A stretch of DNA of 64,000 nt from Bacillota bacterium (GTDB lineage Bacteria; Bacillota; Clostridia; Christensenellales; CAG-314). This document shows positions 59,675-64,000 of the stretch, in pieces (positions within the stretch are counted from its first letter, which is position 1; each line of letters opens with the position of its first letter). The position numbers were made by a program, and so were the translations under genes. Location: assembly GCA_023458375.1 (NCBI GenBank), contig JAEWZT010000001.1:2325-66324 (forward strand), given 5' to 3'. The notes beneath the pieces were generated by a model, which did not search any database, had not been told where the DNA came from, and was given only the letters and a program-made list of their open reading frames with translations.

Positions 59675-61843
59675 ATGAAAGAGGATTCAAGAACCAATCA
59701 GCTTAAAGAAAACCTCATAAGCAAGGTTAAATATTATTATCCCAAAGATTACGAAATAATTCTTTATGCCTTAGATTTTGCCCAAAATGCCCACGAAGGG
59801 CAGCTTAGAGCAAGCGGTTCGCCTTATATTTCGCACCCCATTCAAGTAGCCGATATTTTAATTGATTTAGGTTTTGACGCCGATACCATTTGCGGCGCGC
59901 TTTTGCATGACACGGTAGAAGACACGGAGGTTACCGACCAGCTTTTAAGGGAAAAGTTCGGCGACGGCGTAGCTGATTTAGTGCAGGGCGTAACAAAGCT
60001 TGCAAAAATACAATTTAACACCATAGAGGAAGAGCAGGCGGAAAACATTAGAAAAATGTTTTTCGCGATGTCAAAAGATATAAGAGTTTTAATCATAAAA
60101 CTTGCCGACAGACTGCATAATATGCGTTCGCTGTCCTACCTTTCCGCCGACAGACAGCAGGTCATGGCAAAAGAAACCATTGAGATTTATGCGCCTTTGG
60201 CGGGGCGCTTAGGTATTTCGCCGCTAAAATGCGAGCTTGAAGACTTGTGCCTCAAATATCTTGACAAGCCCATGTATGACTATTTGGCGGAAAACATTGC
60301 GCAGACCAAACTTGAAAGGCAAGAAAGGGTTGACGCGATGATTATTGAAATCAAAAAGCTTTTGGCGGAAGAGGGCATTGAAAACGCGGAGATTTCGGGT
60401 CGGACAAAGCATTTTTACAGCATTTACAAAAAAATGAAGAATCAGCACAAGACGCTTGACCAAATATACGACATGACGGCTCTAAGGATTATTGTTGATT
60501 CCGTGCCCGAATGCTTTTCCGTTTTAGGCATTATTCATGCGCGCTGGAAACCTATCCCGGGACGCTTTAAAGACTATATAGCGGTGCCAAAACCCAATAT
60601 GTATCAGTCTCTTCACACAACGGTTATCACCAATTACGGCGTTCCCTTTGAAATTCAAATCAGAACGGAAGAGATGCACAGAATAGCCGAATACGGTATC
60701 GCCGCACACTGGAAATATAAAGAGGGAGTGCAGGGGGATACGATGCTTGACGAAAAGCTTCGTTGGGTAAAAGAAGTTTTGGCGTATGAGCCGGATATTA
60801 AAGACAGCAAAGAGTTTTTAGATCTAATTAAAAGAGATATATCAATTAACGAAGAAATCTATGTCTTTACTCCCAAAGGCGATGTGAGGGCTTTAAACGC
60901 CAACGCTACGGCGTTAGATTTTGCCTACCTTATTCATAGCGAGGTGGGTAACCGCTGCGTAGGCACCAAAGTAAACGGTAAAATAGTGCCTTTGGACAGA
61001 GTTTTGAAGACGGGGGACGTCGTTGAAGTGTTGACTAACCCCAACTCCAAGGGTCCTTCGCGCGACTGGCTAAAAATCGTAATGACGTCGTCCGCAAAGG
61101 CAAAAATAAGGCAATTTTTCAAGCGCGAACTCAAAGACGAATATATCAAAACAGGCAAGTCAATGCTTGAAAGGGACGCCAAACACCGCGGTTATACTTT
61201 GTCTCAGCTTATGACCAAAGAAGCGCTGGAAGTGCTTTTTGAGAGGTATTCCTTTAATAACGCCGAAGAAATGTTTGCGTCGGTAGGTTACGGCGGAATA
61301 ACCGTAAACCAGGTGCTTACAAAGTTAATAGGCAAAAACAAACAGATGGGAGTTTTGGACGAACCCGACGTTGTAAAGCGTAAATCTGCCTCAACCAAGG
61401 AAAACGCGGTAATAGTAAAAGGCAGCAAAGACCTTTTGGTGCGTTTTTCGGGCTGTTGTTCGCCCGTTCCAGGCGACGAGATCATAGGTTATATTTCGCG
61501 CGGGCGGGGCGTCTGCATCCACCGCGCCGACTGCAAATCAGTTAAAGCCTTTGAAAAAGAAAGGCTGGCGGAAGCGGAATGGGCAAGCATGCAAACGGCG
61601 GCTGCGTTCCCCGCAGATATACAAATCATTGCGGAAGATAAGGGAGAAGTCTTTGCCGATATAACCAAAGTTGTTTCAAACGAAAAATTACCTCTTCTTG
61701 CCATTAACGCGCGCAAAGACAAAAACCGCAATGCCGTCGCTACGATAACGGTTGAAATTACAAATCACAGCCAAGTCAACGCTTTAATAGCAAAGCTGCA
61801 AAGCCTTCCCGCCACGTTAAAGGTTTTCCGCACGACAAAATAA
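59675..61843 (+). CDS. relA: Bifunctional (p)ppGpp synthetase/hydrolase RelA/SpoT homologue
   Basis: HD domain (HP..VA.IL, LHDTVEDT), synthetase (RIAEYGIAAHW.YKE), TGS and ACT domains. Confidence 0.95.
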   Translation: MKEDSRTNQLKENLISKVKYYYPKDYEIILYALDFAQNAHEGQLRASGSPYISHPIQVADILIDLGFDADTICGALLHDTVEDTEVTDQLLREKFGDGVADLVQGVTKLAKIQFNTIEEEQAENIRKMFFAMSKDIRVLIIKLADRLHNMRSLSYLSADRQQVMAKETIEIYAPLAGRLGISPLKCELEDLCLKYLDKPMYDYLAENIAQTKLERQERVDAMIIEIKKLLAEEGIENAEISGRTKHFYSIYKKMKNQHKTLDQIYDMTALRIIVDSVPECFSVLGIIHARWKPIPGRFKDYIAVPKPNMYQSLHTTVITNYGVPFEIQIRTEEMHRIAEYGIAAHWKYKEGVQGDTMLDEKLRWVKEVLAYEPDIKDSKEFLDLIKRDISINEEIYVFTPKGDVRALNANATALDFAYLIHSEVGNRCVGTKVNGKIVPLDRVLKTGDVVEVLTNPNSKGPSRDWLKIVMTSSAKAKIRQFFKRELKDEYIKTGKSMLERDAKHRGYTLSQLMTKEALEVLFERYSFNNAEEMFASVGYGGITVNQVLTKLIGKNKQMGVLDEPDVVKRKSASTKENAVIVKGSKDLLVRFSGCCSPVPGDEIIGYISRGRGVCIHRADCKSVKAFEKERLAEAEWASMQTAAAFPADIQIIAEDKGEVFADITKVVSNEKLPLLAINARKDKNRNAVATITVEITNHSQVNALIAKLQSLPATLKVFRTTK

Positions 61844-61864
61844 GAAAGGGGAGAAAAAGGAATT

Positions 61865-62470
61865 ATGAAAGTTACAAGTTTTCAAGTTGGTATAGTGGGC
61901 ACAAACTGTTATGTCGCTGAGAACAATAAAAAAGAATGTATTATTATTGATGTTGCTTACAGCGGCGTTAAAGTTGAAGAATATATTAAAGAAAACGGTC
62001 TCAAACCCCTTGCCATTTTGCTTACGCACGGACATTTTGACCATTGCGGCGGCGCAAGATACATTTTTAAAGGCGAAAAACTTCCCGTTTACTGCCGTAA
62101 AGAAGACGTTGAGCTTGCGTCAAGCGCCTCCAAAAACAGATGGGGCGCGCCATCCCTTGACTGCGACGTAACAAACGTTATTGAGGAGGACGACACTTTC
62201 TCAATCGGTTCGTTTGATATAAAAGTTCTCCATACTCCCGGGCATACTCCGGGAAGCGCCTGTTATTTTATAGAAAACTATATGTTCAGCGGCGATACCC
62301 TTTTTGCCCAAGACGTAGGCAGGACAGATTTGGCGGGGGGCAGTATGATTGAGCTTAAAAAGTCTTTGCAAAAAATTAAAGCAATTGAGGGCGATTTTAC
62401 TCTCTTGCCGGGGCATGAGGAAAGCAGCACTCTGTCCTACGAAAAGCAAAACAACAGATATTTTAAATGA
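61865..62470 (+). CDS. MBL-fold metallo-hydrolase (glyoxalase II-like)
   Basis: LTHGHFDHCGG, HTPGHTPGS, GD.LF. Confidence 0.85.
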   Translation: MKVTSFQVGIVGTNCYVAENNKKECIIIDVAYSGVKVEEYIKENGLKPLAILLTHGHFDHCGGARYIFKGEKLPVYCRKEDVELASSASKNRWGAPSLDCDVTNVIEEDDTFSIGSFDIKVLHTPGHTPGSACYFIENYMFSGDTLFAQDVGRTDLAGGSMIELKKSLQKIKAIEGDFTLLPGHEESSTLSYEKQNNRYFK

Positions 62471-63903
62471 AAGAGGGCGTTCTTTTTCTTTATACAAACG
62501 CCGAGAGTTTTGCCGCCGAATTAGTTGAAGTGGCAAAACTTTTTATCGTAAACAGGGAAATTAAGTTTACGGCGGAAATGGGGGACGCCGACATAATTCA
62601 CTTTGCCGATGCCGAAAATAATATTTTGCGTAACCGCTGTATTTATAAAGATTTGACCGAGCGCAGGCAAGACCTTGTAAGCAACGAGTTAAGCGCGCTG
62701 GAACATAAGCGCTACGCAAAAAGATATGCCAAACTTTGCCTTTACGCTTGTATGAAAAAAAGTTTTCCCGCCGCAAACCTGCCATGGGGCGCGCTTACGG
62801 GTATCAGGCCTAGCAAGTTGGCTTATGAGATAAACGAAAGAGAGAATGCAGACTTTAAGCAAGTTTTTTTTGACGTATTTGACGTAAAGGAAAATAAAAT
62901 CAGCCTCATTTCAGATATTTTGGATATGCAAAAAGGCTTGCGCGAAAGCAATGAAAACAACGTTGACTTTTATGTGGGCGTACCTTTTTGCACCAGCAGA
63001 TGCTCCTATTGTTCCTTTACAAGCGGAGAGATATCTAAGCTCAAACAGTATGTCGCGCCTTTTGTTGAGTTGTTAAGCTACGAGATTGACCGCACGAAAA
63101 ATTATCTGTCAAAAAAGGGTTTTAATATCAAAAACGTTTATTTCGGCGGCGGCACGCCGACTTCCTTATCGGCTCAAAGTTTGAAAAATCTGTTAAGTTT
63201 GTTTGACTGCAAAGGGGAGTTTACCGTTGAAGCAGGGCGGCCTGACACGATAGACGAAGAAAAGCTAGGTGTTCTAAAAGACTGCGGCGTCAGCAGAATA
63301 TCAATTAATCCTCAAAGTTTTAACCAAAAAACCCTTGATAAAATAGGGCGCAAGCACAGCGTTCAAGAGGTGTTTGAGAAATATCATATGGCTAGGGAAA
63401 AGGGCTTTGATATAAATATGGACTTAATCGCGGGGCTTCCGGGAGAAGATATTGACGACTTTGATTTTTCTCTTTATTCTGCCGCAAAACTCAAACCCGA
63501 AAATATTACCGTGCATAGTCTTGCTCTTAAAAGGGGAAGTTTGCTAAAAAGCAGCGAAACGCCTGTATCAATTGAAAACGACGTTGCAAAAATGATTGAT
63601 AAAGCGCGTGAAATGCTGTATCAAGAAGGGTATAAGCCTTATTATCTATACAGGCAAAAGTATGTCTCTTCGGCTTTGGAAAACGTCGGTTATTGCTTAC
63701 CCCAAAAACAATGCAGATACAATATAGATATTATGGAAGAAACCACGTCCATAGCCGCTTGCGGATGCGGCGCCATTTCAAAAAGGGTTTACCTTCTAGG
63801 AGAAAAGATTGTGCGTCAAGCTAACCCAAAGGATGTAAAAACCTACGTGGAAAACTTAGAAGACTATCTTATAAACAAAGAAAAGCTCTTTAATACTCTA
63901 TAA
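62467..63903 (+). CDS. hemZ: Radical-SAM coproporphyrinogen dehydrogenase-family protein (HemZ/HemN-like)
   Basis: CTSRCSYCSF radical-SAM cluster motif, GGGTPT; position after relA and the MBL hydrolase as in Clostridia. Confidence 0.75.
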   Translation: MKEGVLFLYTNAESFAAELVEVAKLFIVNREIKFTAEMGDADIIHFADAENNILRNRCIYKDLTERRQDLVSNELSALEHKRYAKRYAKLCLYACMKKSFPAANLPWGALTGIRPSKLAYEINERENADFKQVFFDVFDVKENKISLISDILDMQKGLRESNENNVDFYVGVPFCTSRCSYCSFTSGEISKLKQYVAPFVELLSYEIDRTKNYLSKKGFNIKNVYFGGGTPTSLSAQSLKNLLSLFDCKGEFTVEAGRPDTIDEEKLGVLKDCGVSRISINPQSFNQKTLDKIGRKHSVQEVFEKYHMAREKGFDINMDLIAGLPGEDIDDFDFSLYSAAKLKPENITVHSLALKRGSLLKSSETPVSIENDVAKMIDKAREMLYQEGYKPYYLYRQKYVSSALENVGYCLPQKQCRYNIDIMEETTSIAACGCGAISKRVYLLGEKIVRQANPKDVKTYVENLEDYLINKEKLFNTL

Positions 63904-64000
63904 AATAGCGAAAACTATAATATTATGATATACATAGATTTCTATAATTAGTAAATGACTTTTAGTCTAATGACCATTTTAGCCCACTAATATACCTATT

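Overview
This window reads as core chromosome from a spore-forming Firmicute, probably Clostridia-like. All calls rest on reading the sequence and on motif comparison from memory; no search tool was run.

Nearly every gene is on the + strand, and the gene order matches well-known Bacillus/Clostridium blocks:
- GlpA-like FAD oxidoreductase, pyridine-nucleotide oxidoreductase and DUF1667 trio
- comEA-comEC-holA
- tRNA-Pro(GGG)
- yggS-lspA-rluD
- rqcH (the only clear minus-strand gene)
- tig-clpP-clpX-lon-engB
- a full dcw cluster: mraZ-rsmH-ftsL-like-pbp-murE-mraY-murD-ftsW/spoVE-murA-ftsQ-ftsA-ftsZ
- asnS, acpP and ytxC
- T-box-thrS
- L20 leader-infC(ATT start)-rpmI-rplT
- TrmH-family methylase, yebC and a DUF975 protein
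- ruvCAB-queA-[insert]-tgt-yajC-secDF-recJ-relA-MBL hydrolase-hemZ

I see no CRISPR array, rRNA, transposase, integrase or recognisable defence operon. Only the first ~1.6 kb looks accessory. It holds a 5'-truncated GIY-YIG gene, an iteron-like GGGTGCGTAA array, a stand-alone rod-shaped sRNA candidate and a decayed minus-strand gene fragment.

The most unusual observations are:
1. A 490-bp non-coding insert of coding-like composition between queA and tgt. It is built from ~60-bp TATGC-phased units arranged as two ~190-bp super-repeats.
2. A full-length aspartate carbamoyltransferase-fold protein, translationally coupled to rluD, in which the substrate-binding motifs I could align are replaced.
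3. A 10-Cys protein behind a sigmaK/E-like promoter.
4. Extra triplicated hairpin repeats between the L20 attenuator and the infC ATT start.

Several ORF-track starts were moved to internal starts that have Shine-Dalgarno support.
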